A stretch of 64,000 bases of DNA from an uncultured Gammaproteobacteria bacterium (lineage in GTDB: Bacteria > Patescibacteriota > Patescibacteriia > UBA11705). The position numbers and the translations under genes are program-made. The stretch's first letter is position 1. Each line of letters opens with the position of its first letter. Of the stretch, positions 8,241-18,170 are shown one piece after another. Location: positions 80,261 through 144,260 of the forward strand of contig CAYPSS010000002.1 of the NCBI GenBank assembly GCA_964413735.1. Direction: 5' to 3'. The notes beneath the pieces are model-generated. The model made no database searches, was not told the DNA's origin, and saw only the letters and a program-made list of their open reading frames with translations.

Positions 8241-9068
8241 TTATTGGTAGTAAAGCTTTTCCCCAAAGCGCAAATCAAAGTATTTAATATGATTAAGTTG
8301 ATTTTTTACCTCTTCACTTCCGAGCAAAATAAACAAGCGATCAAGTTGATCTTGATAAGGTAATTCCAAGTTCAAGTAAATATCAAAGTTTTGGCCGGTT
8401 TCAATTTTTATTGAATCAGAACTTTCAAAATTATAATAAATCAAATCAATCGGTATTTTTGTGGTCAAATATTGCTTGACCTGAACTAAATAATTCAAAA
8501 CATCCTCTTTCAAAGCTTGATCCCCAATAATCAAGGAATGATTACGCAAATCCTTAATTTTTATCAGCTGTTCAATAATTGCTCCATCACAATACTCCAC
8601 CACCACTCCCCGATCATCCAAATGCATACATTGAGTATCATTAATTAAAATAATATCCGCTTTTTTTTCTTGAATTTCAATTTTCAAAGTATTGGGAAAA
8701 TCTTTATCAATTTTCATGCTTTCCAACAAATAACTATCCCCTATTCTTTGTCTAAATTTATTTTTGGAAAACAAAAGCAAATTGTTTCGCGAAAACAATA
8801 ATAGTTTCCTAGAATAACGATAATCATTTAAAATATTTTCAAACTTTTGTTGACTAATTTTGTTAATCCCTTTAATTTCCACTGTTTTGATTTGAAAATA
8901 GTCAGAAAACAGAAAAAAATATAACAAAAAAACACCAACGAAAAGCACCAATATTTTAAGAAGTTTTTGAGTTTTCTTTTTTTTAATCTCTTCATCACGA
9001 ATACGTCGCGGATCCTTGAATTGAGCGCGACTGAAATCTTTTTGATATTTGTGACTGATATCGGCCAT
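8241..9068 (-). CDS. Cell division protein FtsQ/DivIB-like (N-terminal TM plus POTRA domain)
   Basis: N-terminal TM helix (LLKILVLFVGVFLLYFFLF), followed by FQIKTVEIKGINKISQQKFENIL, which looks like a POTRA beta-alpha-beta region. Size fits FtsQ. Confidence 0.5.
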   Translation of the reverse strand: MADISHKYQKDFSRAQFKDPRRIRDEEIKKKKTQKLLKILVLFVGVFLLYFFLFSDYFQIKTVEIKGINKISQQKFENILNDYRYSRKLLLFSRNNLLLFSKNKFRQRIGDSYLLESMKIDKDFPNTLKIEIQEKKADIILINDTQCMHLDDRGVVVEYCDGAIIEQLIKIKDLRNHSLIIGDQALKEDVLNYLVQVKQYLTTKIPIDLIYYNFESSDSIKIETGQNFDIYLNLELPYQDQLDRLFILLGSEEVKNQLNHIKYFDLRFGEKLYYQ

Positions 9069-9170
9069 AAAATAGTAAGTTGTTTTAATATTTTATCATA
9101 TTTTTAAACAAAACAAAAACAGCGATTTTATCGCTGCGTTTTCACTTACCCACCAGAAAATCTTGGACTA

Positions 9171-9449
9171 TTAATGTTGGGAGCCAAGGACCAACCCTAA
9201 TTGAGTTGAATCTAGCAATGCACGACGTCCGCTTTCAGTTACACGATACTGTCGCTGTTGAGGCATATTAATGTCAGTTGGTTGAAGCTGCGATTCAACC
9301 AATTCAGCATCCTCAAGACGATTAAGGTAAACATAGATGGTTCCACGATTTAATTGACCTAATGACTTTTCAACCAATTCTAGACCAGTCCACCAACGAC
9401 ATTCAGAATTTAAAAGATTCAAAATGACTTCATCAGATAAAAGTAGCAT
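9171..9449 (-). CDS. PadR-family winged-helix transcriptional regulator
   Basis: ILNLLNSECRWWTGLELVEKSLGQLNRGTIYVYLNRLEDAELVES...YRVTESGRRAL matches the PadR pattern (HTH ... GTLYPxLxRLE ... Y.LTExG). The gene has its own terminator hairpin at 9105-9137. Confidence 0.6.
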   Translation of the reverse strand: MLLLSDEVILNLLNSECRWWTGLELVEKSLGQLNRGTIYVYLNRLEDAELVESQLQPTDINMPQQRQYRVTESGRRALLDSTQLGLVLGSQH

Positions 9450-9584
9450 GGGTCCTCCTGGGTGAGTTTACTTGAAGACCTTTGCTCAATCTTATCTAAA
9501 AAGAAAATCATCTTATATAATATATAATCAAATACTAAATATTTTGTCAATAAAAAAACAGCAATTTTATTGCTGTGAATTATT

Positions 9585-9878
9585 TCAATTTACCATTTCA
9601 CGGTCGCTTGCACCCAAAAGATCAGGCACCACCAAAAACACCACCTTGCCCCGACCGTTATTAGATTCCAAATCAGCGGTAAACTCCACCCCCTTGAAAT
9701 TTGAATTAATACAATGAAATTTACCTTGAGTCGTAACTACCCCACAAAAACACTGATCATCCAAAACAACCCGATCAAGCTTCTCTCTTAGCATTCGCAA
9801 AGCAGTTAAATGGAAAAGATCTTTTGCATATTGACTCAAAGGAAACGAAGAATACAAAATTGCCAAACTAATACTCAT
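9585..9878 (-). CDS. Hypothetical small protein (97 aa)
   Basis: An ORF with its own terminator hairpin at 9552-9576. No motif recognised. Confidence 0.4.
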   Translation of the reverse strand: MSISLAILYSSFPLSQYAKDLFHLTALRMLREKLDRVVLDDQCFCGVVTTQGKFHCINSNFKGVEFTADLESNNGRGKVVFLVVPDLLGASDREMVN

Positions 9879-9973
9879 TTCCTTCTCCTATTTGAAGGGA
9901 CTTAATAAATTATCACAATAAATCAATTTTGTCAAACCAAAAACAGCCTTATCAGCTGTTTTATTTTATCTAA

Positions 9974-11245
9974 CTATTGACGAACAATTTTCTCTTGATT
10001 ATCCATATAAGGTCGCAAAACTTCCGGGATTGTAATACTACCATCAGAATTTTGATTGTTTTCTAGCAGAGCAATTAGAATTCTTGGCGTGGCCACCATA
10101 GTATTGTTTAAGGTATAACAGAACTGAGTTTTACCATCCGTATCACGATAACGCAAATTCAAACGACGCGCCTGAAAATCATGCAAATTGGAACATGAAT
10201 GAGTCTCTCCGAACTTATCACGGCTCGGCATCCAACATTCAATATCATTCATATAATATTTACCCTGCCCCATATCACCGGTACAAACATTTAGCACGCG
10301 GTAAGGTAAATTTAACGACTGTAAAAAGCCTTCTGTATTTAACATTAATTCATTAAACATTTCATCAGCCAGAGCATCATCTGCCTGACAAATTATAAAC
10401 TGCTCTACTTTGTTAAACTGATGTACGCGATATAAGCCAGTCGTGTCCTTCCCATAAGCGCCCGCTTCACGACGATAACAAGTGGAAATTCCCGAGAACT
10501 TAATTGGTAGTTTATCAAAATCCAAAATTTCATCATAATAATAAGCGCCCAGTGCCACTTCCGATGTTCCCACCAAATATTTATTATCTTTTTCCAAATG
10601 ATAAATTTCCTCTTCTCCACCCGGGAAATATCCGGTTCCTTCTAGCGCAAAACGATTGACCAAAACCGGTACCGACATCAAAGTATAATTTTTTCTAGCA
10701 ATAAAATCCATGGCGTACTTTAATAATGCCCACTCCAAACGCGCACCATCTCCTTTTAATATGTATGATCGACTACCGGCAATTTTTGCCGCTCGCTCAT
10801 TATCAATAATATCCAGCTCAGTACCTAAGGTCAGATGATCTTTTGGCACAAAATCAAAATCCGGTAATTCTCCCCAAGTCTTAATTTGCACATTATCATT
10901 ATCATCTTTTCCTACCGGAGTTTTAAAACTGGGAATCATCGGCACCTTTAACATCAAACCCTTAAACTGATCTTGAATTTCCATTAGTTTACTTTCCGCT
11001 TTGTCTTGGATTTCCGATATTTTCTTCATTTCCGTTAACAATTCTTGTTTTTGCTGACCGGTAAGATTGGGCATTTTTTTGGACGCTTCGTTTTTTTCCA
11101 TGCGATAAGTTTCAATCTTTTGAATCAACTCTTTGCGTTTATCATCCAATTCCAATAAATTATCAAAATTCAAATCAATGTTTTTATTCTTGGCCGCCTC
11201 CATAACCGCCACCAGATTTTCTCGAATAAATTTTATATCGAGCAT
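9974..11245 (-). CDS. serS: Seryl-tRNA synthetase
   Basis: N-terminal coiled-coil tRNA-binding arm (MLDIKFIRENL...) followed by a class II core. The length (423 aa) and motifs are typical of SerRS. Confidence 0.9.
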   Translation of the reverse strand: MLDIKFIRENLVAVMEAAKNKNIDLNFDNLLELDDKRKELIQKIETYRMEKNEASKKMPNLTGQQKQELLTEMKKISEIQDKAESKLMEIQDQFKGLMLKVPMIPSFKTPVGKDDNDNVQIKTWGELPDFDFVPKDHLTLGTELDIIDNERAAKIAGSRSYILKGDGARLEWALLKYAMDFIARKNYTLMSVPVLVNRFALEGTGYFPGGEEEIYHLEKDNKYLVGTSEVALGAYYYDEILDFDKLPIKFSGISTCYRREAGAYGKDTTGLYRVHQFNKVEQFIICQADDALADEMFNELMLNTEGFLQSLNLPYRVLNVCTGDMGQGKYYMNDIECWMPSRDKFGETHSCSNLHDFQARRLNLRYRDTDGKTQFCYTLNNTMVATPRILIALLENNQNSDGSITIPEVLRPYMDNQEKIVRQ

Positions 11246-11258
11246 ATTTTTTTATTTA

Positions 11259-11633
11259 TTATAAATTTATAATTTTACCCTTATCCAAATCATATGCGCT
11301 TTTAACAGTGACAACGATCGCGTGTGAAACTTCATATTGCTTATTTTTTTTCACACACAAATCAAAATATTTACCGGTTTTATATATTTTCACCTTACCA
11401 AAAAGTCTAAAATATCCACCGATTAAACAAATATTTTTATTGGACTGCAAGTTTTTCATGGTTTTTTTCATTTGACAATCAGCCACTAATAATTGATTTT
11501 TTGATATAAAGCCAAGTGATATCACAATATTGGCATGTGGATTACCGATTGACGAACAAGTAGCTAAAACCAATTCTTTACCCTGTCCAAAACTTGATTT
11601 CCAATTCATATATTGATAGTTAAATATGAACAA
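11259..11633 (-). CDS. Putative pyridoxamine-5'-phosphate-oxidase-like (FMN-binding split-barrel) protein
   Basis: LATCSSIGNPHANIVISLGFISKNQLLVADC fits the PNPOx-like pattern in weakly conserved positions. The assignment is tentative. Confidence 0.3.
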   Translation of the reverse strand: MFIFNYQYMNWKSSFGQGKELVLATCSSIGNPHANIVISLGFISKNQLLVADCQMKKTMKNLQSNKNICLIGGYFRLFGKVKIYKTGKYFDLCVKKNKQYEVSHAIVVTVKSAYDLDKGKIINL

Positions 11634-11651
11634 TTTTATTATTCAATGTAA

Positions 11652-13154
11652 TTATTCATCTTTTGGTCGCATCAATGGGAAAAATACCACGTCACGCAAA
11701 TTTTCTTGATTGGTCAAAATCGCCAAAGTGCGTTCAATACCCATGCCCCAGCCGGAAATCGGAGGCATACCATATTTCATGGCCGTAATATATTCCGGAT
11801 CACCTTCCATAGTTTCGGCATCTCCACCTTCTTTCAAGGCTGATTGTTCTTTGAATCTTTGCTCTTGATCAAGAGGGTCCACCAACTCAGAGTAAGCTTT
11901 TAATAATTCCCAACCATTAACCACCAGTTGAAATTGATCAACGATTTCATTATTTTCATCATTACGACGCGCCAATGGTTGCAATTCAATCGGATAATAA
12001 TACAAAAATGTCGGTTCAATAATCTGTGGCCTGGATACTTTTTTGTATAAATTATCTACCAAAGTCGCATAACCCATTTCTTCCATGCCTTCTATTTCAT
12101 AACCTTTTTTCTTGATTAATGAAAACAACTCTTCTCTGTCCCGTACTTTGGTAATATCAATTCCAGTATCTTTTTTAATCAATTCAATATAATTTATTTT
12201 ATTAAACGGAGTTTTGAAACTGACTTTCTTCTCTCGTCCATCTCGATCCTTGATGACCAATTCCCGTGGTAAATTCAATTTATCGAAAATATAATCAAAC
12301 ATTTCTTCCGTAAACTTCATATTATCCTCATAATTCCAATAAGCACAATAGTGTTCCAAATGAGTATGTTCGGGTAAATGTGAGGGATCATGCCCCTCAT
12401 TACGAAAAGCCTTGCCCAGTTCAAAAATTTTGTCGTAACCGCCAACAATCAATTCTTTGAGTGGTAATTCATGAGATATACGCAAAGAAACATCAATATC
12501 AAGCGCATTGTTATGCGTTGTATAAGGCTGAGCATGAGCACCGGTGGCCTTATGAAGCAAAGTGGCGGTTTCCACCTCAAAAAATCCTTTGGACCAGTAA
12601 AATTCGCGCAAAGCTTTGATAAAATTGCTCCGCAATTGAAAGCGTTCCATGGTTTCTCGGTTGGCAATTAAATCCAAATATCGTTGACGATAAGCCACTT
12701 CCCGATCTTTTAGTCCATGCCATTTTTCCGGTAATGGAAGCAATGCCTTACCCAAAAATGTCCATTTATCCACTAATACGGAAATCTCGCCTTTTTGCGT
12801 AATGAAAATTTTCCCCTTCACACCTAAATGGTCTCCCAAATCAATATTTTTAATTAAAAGCTTATATTGCTCATCGCCAATTTCATCTTTTTTAAAAACT
12901 ACCTGGCAGCGACCGGAGTAATCTTGCAAATGGGCAAAAGTAATTTTCCCCATATCACGAAACATAATTAACCTCCCGGCAGTTTTAATCGCCGTTTCTT
13001 CCGATAAGGATGCACATTCAGCCAAACTTTGTTGTTTATCAAACTTTTCCGGATAAACGGCAACTCCAGATTGTTTTAATCTTTCGAGTTTTTGCAAACG
13101 CACTTGTTCATCATGATTATCAGTCATATAAATGTTTAAATTTAATAAATTCAC
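11652..13154 (-). CDS. lysS: Lysyl-tRNA synthetase, class II
   Basis: An N-terminal OB anticodon-binding domain followed by a class II catalytic core (FRNEG, GMGIERT...). Typical LysRS length of 500 aa. Confidence 0.9.
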   Translation of the reverse strand: MNLLNLNIYMTDNHDEQVRLQKLERLKQSGVAVYPEKFDKQQSLAECASLSEETAIKTAGRLIMFRDMGKITFAHLQDYSGRCQVVFKKDEIGDEQYKLLIKNIDLGDHLGVKGKIFITQKGEISVLVDKWTFLGKALLPLPEKWHGLKDREVAYRQRYLDLIANRETMERFQLRSNFIKALREFYWSKGFFEVETATLLHKATGAHAQPYTTHNNALDIDVSLRISHELPLKELIVGGYDKIFELGKAFRNEGHDPSHLPEHTHLEHYCAYWNYEDNMKFTEEMFDYIFDKLNLPRELVIKDRDGREKKVSFKTPFNKINYIELIKKDTGIDITKVRDREELFSLIKKKGYEIEGMEEMGYATLVDNLYKKVSRPQIIEPTFLYYYPIELQPLARRNDENNEIVDQFQLVVNGWELLKAYSELVDPLDQEQRFKEQSALKEGGDAETMEGDPEYITAMKYGMPPISGWGMGIERTLAILTNQENLRDVVFFPLMRPKDE

Positions 13155-13200
13155 CTGTCTTAATTCTATCGTATTTTTATTGAAAAATCAAAAAATTTAT

Positions 13201-13227
13201 AAACAAAAAACGGTACTAAAGACCGTT
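13201..13227 (-). terminator. Intrinsic terminator for greA
   Basis: AACGGT-ACTAAAG-ACCGTT hairpin with flanking T-run. Confidence 0.55.
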
Positions 13228-13239
13228 TTTAGAAAAAAT

Positions 13240-13701
13240 CTACTTAATTTCCAAAATTTTGTAAATAACCGTCCCTTTGGGAACATCAATTTCCACTGTT
13301 TCACCGGGTTTTTTACCCATAAAAGCCTGTCCCATGGGTGATTCATTGGAAATCCGCCCCACTAAAGGGTCAGCCTCATTGTACCCTACCATGGTAAATT
13401 CTTTTTGATTACCCGACTCATCCTCAGTTACAAAAATTGAACCCATCCCAATTTCATGTTTACTGGTGGTTTCTTCAGTCACAACCGCATTTTTCAGGAT
13501 AGTTTCTATTTCTCGGATACGACTAACCATAAAACCCTGCTGATCTTTGGCATCATGATATTCAGCATTCTCACTCAAATCCCCCATTTCTTTGGCTTTT
13601 TCGATTTTATCGATAATATCCGGCAATTTAACCTCCTTTAATTCTTTTAATTCATCTTTTAATTTTTCCAAACCTTCTTTGGTAATTAGCTTTTGTGTCA
13701 T
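13240..13701 (-). CDS. greA: Transcription elongation factor GreA
   Basis: MTQKLITKEGLEKLKDELKELKEV... is the GreA N-terminal coiled coil, and the C-terminal FKBP-like domain is present. The first M in the ORF track is a TTG codon; the ATG at 13701 is the likelier start. Confidence 0.85.
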   Translation of the reverse strand: MTQKLITKEGLEKLKDELKELKEVKLPDIIDKIEKAKEMGDLSENAEYHDAKDQQGFMVSRIREIETILKNAVVTEETTSKHEIGMGSIFVTEDESGNQKEFTMVGYNEADPLVGRISNESPMGQAFMGKKPGETVEIDVPKGTVIYKILEIK

Positions 13702-13793
13702 AAAAAAAATAAAGTCCGTAGACAAATTTTGATTATATTTAATTATATTAATATTATAACAAACAACAAATAAATGTCAATGGCATTTTTAGT

Positions 13794-14777
13794 TTAAATA
13801 ATTTCTTTCAAAGCCATAATTTGCTCTTCTGACAAACCCAATTTTCCCCGCAAAATATTATTCAAAACCTGTTCATTGTTTTTTTTGCTTTGGATCAAAT
13901 CCCAAGCATCAGCTACAACTGTGGTTTTATCACGCAAAACACTTCCCAATGTTTTCAATTCATTAGGAATTGGTTTTGCTTCTTTGGAAAAAACAGTCGG
14001 AGCTTGATAAACATACGCACCCTCAATCATGGTTATACCGGCATTATTATCACCGGCTCGCCGTCCCATAATAGCTTTGATTATCGCCGGCATAGCTTTT
14101 CTTAATTCATCAATATCCTCAACCCCACCCACACGACCAACTGCCTTACCAGCCAATAAATCAGCGCGATTAAAAGCAATCACCAAATCCATTTTCTCTT
14201 CAATTGATAAATCCAAAGGAATTTCTTCCACCTTGGCAACCAAATTATCATAAGCTTTCAATGATTTACCTTTAGGTTGTTTTTCATTTTTAAAGTTATT
14301 TACCAAAACTAAGGCAGAAGCATGCAAACCGGCCAACTGCGCGACAATTTCCACCTCATTTTCTTCAATTTCCAAATATTTAGGAGCAATTTCTCGGATA
14401 ATTCTAGCGCTCACCGCCTCGTGTCCCACATATTGTCTTTTTTCCGGATCTTTGGGATGTACTTGACGTCCAGCATCATCGGCCTTACCCAAGTCATGAA
14501 AACTGCCGGCCAATAAAATCAAATTTTTGATTCGTTCCGATAATCCCTGAACAACCGAATCTTGTTCCAAATTGCTAACCAACATTTTCGTATGTTCATC
14601 AAGTGTTAAATGATGAAAATCGCTTCGTTGATCAAAACCCTTCATTCTGGCCACTTCCGGAATTCTTTGTTCCAATTCCTCATAAGAAGCGGTTAAAGGT
14701 AATTTTTCGTTTTCCGGATTCGCGCCCAAATTTATTTGATTAGCCGGTTGATTTTGTAATGTATTCTCAATATTCAT
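13794..14777 (-). CDS. HD-domain phosphohydrolase
   Basis: HTKMLVSNL...LLAGSFHDLGK gives the H...HD metal-binding signature. Confidence 0.6.
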   Translation of the reverse strand: MNIENTLQNQPANQINLGANPENEKLPLTASYEELEQRIPEVARMKGFDQRSDFHHLTLDEHTKMLVSNLEQDSVVQGLSERIKNLILLAGSFHDLGKADDAGRQVHPKDPEKRQYVGHEAVSARIIREIAPKYLEIEENEVEIVAQLAGLHASALVLVNNFKNEKQPKGKSLKAYDNLVAKVEEIPLDLSIEEKMDLVIAFNRADLLAGKAVGRVGGVEDIDELRKAMPAIIKAIMGRRAGDNNAGITMIEGAYVYQAPTVFSKEAKPIPNELKTLGSVLRDKTTVVADAWDLIQSKKNNEQVLNNILRGKLGLSEEQIMALKEII

Positions 14778-14794
14778 ATTTATTCAAATCATGA

Positions 14795-16822
14795 TTACTT
14801 ATTTAATGCATTAGTTCTCATATATTGATAATACCACTGATAAAAATCATAAGCAATTCTTACCGGATCACGACTACCTTCCTCACCCTCTTCGATTAAA
14901 ATGGTCAACACAATTTCCGGATTATCATACGGAGCAAATGAGGTAAACCAAGCATGGGGATCTTTGTCTGTTCCCCATTGTGCGGTTCCGGTTTTCCCGG
15001 CAACGGCGATTGGCAAAGAATTTAAATAACGTGCACTCCCGGAAGTCACACCTTGTCTCATTCCCTGTCTGACAACATCAATATTGTATGAATCAATAAA
15101 ACCGCTATTCATTACTGTCGGTAAAATTTCTTTTTTTGCTCCGGAAACCGAATCAATTATTTCCTTGACCACATGTGGTTGATATAAATTACCTCGGTTA
15201 GCAAAAAAACTGGTATAATTAGCCACCTGTAATGGAGTAACCAATAAATCCCCTTGACCAATCGCCAGATGATAAGTATCCCCAATATACCAACGTTCAC
15301 CTTTTGTTTCTTGTTTCCAATTTTCATCCGGCACAAAACCTGATTTTTCACCGGGCAAATCAATTCCGGTTTTTTGTGACAAACCAAACATTTCCGCATA
15401 TTTTTTTATTTTATCTACTCCCAGACCGACAAAATCATTATAACCACCTCCAATTATATAGAAAAAAGTATTGACCGATTGCGCCAGTGCTTTTCGGACA
15501 TCGGTTATTCCATGACCACCCGCTTGCCAATCAGGGAAAAACCATTCAGCGATTCTGATTCCACCAACGCTGATAAATGAAGTGGTGGCAGAAATTATTT
15601 TTTCCTGTAAAGCGGCGGCGGTCATCACCGGCTTAATGGTTGATCCTGACGGATATTCACCACTAATAGCTCGAAAAAACAAAGGAAATGCTTGGTGATT
15701 ATACAAATCGTTAACTTGTTGTTCAGACAACGTTTGAGAAAAAATATTATTATTATAACTGGGTAAAGACACCAATGCTAACATTTCACCATTACGAGGA
15801 TCTTGAGCAATCGCCACTCCTTTTGTTTTATTTGATTTTTGCATGTATTGAATCAATAAACTTTCCAATTTTTCCTGCATTTTCCAATCAATAGTCAAGA
15901 TCAAATTATTTCCTGATTTAATCGGTTCTTGGGCAATAATTTTCTTTTCTTTTCCCAAAGAGTCAACCTCCACTTGTTTAATTCCATAAACACCTCGTAA
16001 TTCTGATTCATAATTTTTCTCCACTCCGGTCTTGCCGATTATATCATTATACAAGTATTGATTGCTTAAATTGTCAAACTCCGCTTCATTAATTTTTCCA
16101 ACATAGCCCAAAATATGAGATAAACTATTATTCAAATAATCAGGGTAACTCGAAACGGCCATTAAATAATTTCTTTTGTGACGAATCACGACGTTGACAC
16201 CAGAGAATTTTTCACTGAGTAATTGCAATTTTATCGCCACCTCATAATCCAGATCTTCCGACAAAATTTGTTCTTGGTAATAATCCTTTTGTTTATTGCT
16301 AATTTGCATTACTTTTTGAAAATTATTTTGCAATTTTTCATCTTCCGGAATCAAATTAATAATTTCTTGATAAAGCTTTTGTTTTTCATCTTGTTCCTTG
16401 GGAAAATCAACCGGAATAATTGATAAAGAAAAACTGGGGACATTTTTTACCAAAGGTACTCCATGACGATCATAAATCAAACCGCGAGGCGCCGGCTGAT
16501 GATATATTCTGATCCGATTATTTTCCGCGAGCGTCTGATATTTTGAGCCATTGATAATTTGCAAATAAAATGCCCGACCAAAAATAAAAAAGATTACCAA
16601 TAAAATTATTCCCAAAAATATATTAATTTTCCGAGGTGATAATAAAAGACCAACAAAATTATTATTCAAATCTTCTCGGCAAACCGCTTTTGAATCTATA
16701 AATGTTTCTTCGACCCATTGTTTATCCGATCGCTTAGGTAAATTCAAACGAATACCTTTTTTATTTAATAAAAAAAAGATATTTTCTTCATTGTTATTAT
16801 TATTTGTATTTTCATTATCCAT
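14795..16822 (-). CDS. mrdA: Penicillin-binding protein 2 (elongasome transpeptidase)
   Basis: SxxK (SGSTIKP), SxN and KTG (AGKTGTAQ) motifs, an N-terminal TM anchor, and a position directly after mreBCD. Confidence 0.85.
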   Translation of the reverse strand: MDNENTNNNNNEENIFFLLNKKGIRLNLPKRSDKQWVEETFIDSKAVCREDLNNNFVGLLLSPRKINIFLGIILLVIFFIFGRAFYLQIINGSKYQTLAENNRIRIYHQPAPRGLIYDRHGVPLVKNVPSFSLSIIPVDFPKEQDEKQKLYQEIINLIPEDEKLQNNFQKVMQISNKQKDYYQEQILSEDLDYEVAIKLQLLSEKFSGVNVVIRHKRNYLMAVSSYPDYLNNSLSHILGYVGKINEAEFDNLSNQYLYNDIIGKTGVEKNYESELRGVYGIKQVEVDSLGKEKKIIAQEPIKSGNNLILTIDWKMQEKLESLLIQYMQKSNKTKGVAIAQDPRNGEMLALVSLPSYNNNIFSQTLSEQQVNDLYNHQAFPLFFRAISGEYPSGSTIKPVMTAAALQEKIISATTSFISVGGIRIAEWFFPDWQAGGHGITDVRKALAQSVNTFFYIIGGGYNDFVGLGVDKIKKYAEMFGLSQKTGIDLPGEKSGFVPDENWKQETKGERWYIGDTYHLAIGQGDLLVTPLQVANYTSFFANRGNLYQPHVVKEIIDSVSGAKKEILPTVMNSGFIDSYNIDVVRQGMRQGVTSGSARYLNSLPIAVAGKTGTAQWGTDKDPHAWFTSFAPYDNPEIVLTILIEEGEEGSRDPVRIAYDFYQWYYQYMRTNALNK

Positions 16823-16825
16823 AAT

Positions 16826-17356
16826 TTATCGAGTCAAAACCGCTTTGAAACGATTACTGAAAAAATAAAAAATCAAGAACAAAATTATCGCAATTATGCC
16901 ATTAAATAAAATCATCCAACCACCGGAAATAAGCGTCTCATAATTGAACAAATGGTTAAAAACCACGTTTTTTTCCACCACCAAGAACCACCACCCCATA
17001 AAAAATGAATATATCATTTGCCTGGCTACCAAAGCAAAAAGTAAAAGCACCAAAATGGAATACAAAGATCGATTGGTAATAAAGCGATGATAAATTATTT
17101 CCGTTAATTTAACCGTCAAAAGCAAAGTCAAAATATTAATACCGAAAAAAAACGGAGTGGTAATATCCAGAATTAAACCGAAAAGCAAAGCATAAATCAT
17201 GGCAATCTTGAAATTATAAACCACGCCCCAAAATATCAAGCTCACGGTGATTATACTGATTAAGTTCCAAGGGGCGGGTAAATTTTTTATCAAAGCCAAA
17301 TCACTTAGGAAAATGACGCAAAAAATTGTAATCTTTTTAATAATTTCTAAAATCAT
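16826..17356 (-). CDS. mreD: Rod shape-determining protein MreD
   Basis: A small polytopic membrane protein immediately after mreC. Confidence 0.6.
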   Translation of the reverse strand: MILEIIKKITIFCVIFLSDLALIKNLPAPWNLISIITVSLIFWGVVYNFKIAMIYALLFGLILDITTPFFFGINILTLLLTVKLTEIIYHRFITNRSLYSILVLLLFALVARQMIYSFFMGWWFLVVEKNVVFNHLFNYETLISGGWMILFNGIIAIILFLIFYFFSNRFKAVLTR

Positions 17357-17358
17357 AA

Positions 17359-18159
17359 TTATTCCACCAAAACTCCCACCATAAATATTTTATCAAAATT
17401 TACCGGTAAATTAATAGTAGCGGTTTTAAAAATCGCCTCATCTGATTGCTCCACCGTTTCCACTGTCCCAAGAACCAATCCGTAAGGGATTTTACTTTCC
17501 AAACCGGAAGTGATAATAATATCACCTTCCACTATTTTTTCATGTTGAGGAATCATTTCCATTTTTGCGCCCAAACCGAATTCCCCTTTTACCAAACCAA
17601 CGGTTTTTTCCGAATTCAAAACCGTCACCGCCAACTGTGAAAACTGATCATTCACCAACCGAACTATAGCGAAAGTTTTTTCCGCTTTAAATATTTTTCC
17701 CACAATAACATTATCCACCAATACCGGCGCACCTTCTAAAATCCGATTATTTGTCCCACGATTGATAATCAAATTTTTCGAATGACCATCGTTGTTTAAT
17801 CCAATTACTTGAGCTAATTCAATATGATGATTGGTTTGTGCAATAAAATCCAATTGTTGACGCAAAAATGAATTTTCTTCCTCTAAAATTTTCAGAGCGC
17901 TTCGATCAATCAAATTATTCCTGGCTTGTGCTTCCAAACCATTAATTTCATCCAACATCTCATGATAATGATCCCAACGATTATGATATTCTCTAATTTT
18001 TATCGTTAGTTTATATACTTGTTCTTGAATTGGGCGAAAAATCACCACAATTAAATTTTCTACCGGCTTTAAAATTCCAATGTAATGAAAAACCACCAAT
18101 AAAAAAGTAATAAAAAAAATGATCAGTAGAAATTTTTTATTTTTTTGAGTTTGAAACAT
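17359..18159 (-). CDS. mreC: Rod shape-determining protein MreC
   Basis: N-terminal TM helix, coiled coil and C-terminal beta domain, located between mreB and mreD. Confidence 0.7.
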   Translation of the reverse strand: MFQTQKNKKFLLIIFFITFLLVVFHYIGILKPVENLIVVIFRPIQEQVYKLTIKIREYHNRWDHYHEMLDEINGLEAQARNNLIDRSALKILEEENSFLRQQLDFIAQTNHHIELAQVIGLNNDGHSKNLIINRGTNNRILEGAPVLVDNVIVGKIFKAEKTFAIVRLVNDQFSQLAVTVLNSEKTVGLVKGEFGLGAKMEMIPQHEKIVEGDIIITSGLESKIPYGLVLGTVETVEQSDEAIFKTATINLPVNFDKIFMVGVLVE

Positions 18160-18170
18160 AATAAATATTT

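Noticed and set aside
12449-12671. ORFs antisense or internal to lysS (12449..12667 minus, 12471..12671 plus), and similar small ORFs inside other genes (for example 10405..10620, 15157..15399, 18248..18433, 21806..22000, 31826..32122, 33388..33735, 34328..34606, 37577..37858, 49332..49532, 57167..57527, 58284..58484)
   Set aside because: They are embedded in or antisense to well-supported long genes, with low-complexity AT-driven composition.
13702-13725. Extended GreA start (MSTDFIFF...)
   Set aside because: The first codon is TTG, and the extension is hydrophobic junk. The ATG at 13701 gives the canonical GreA N terminus.
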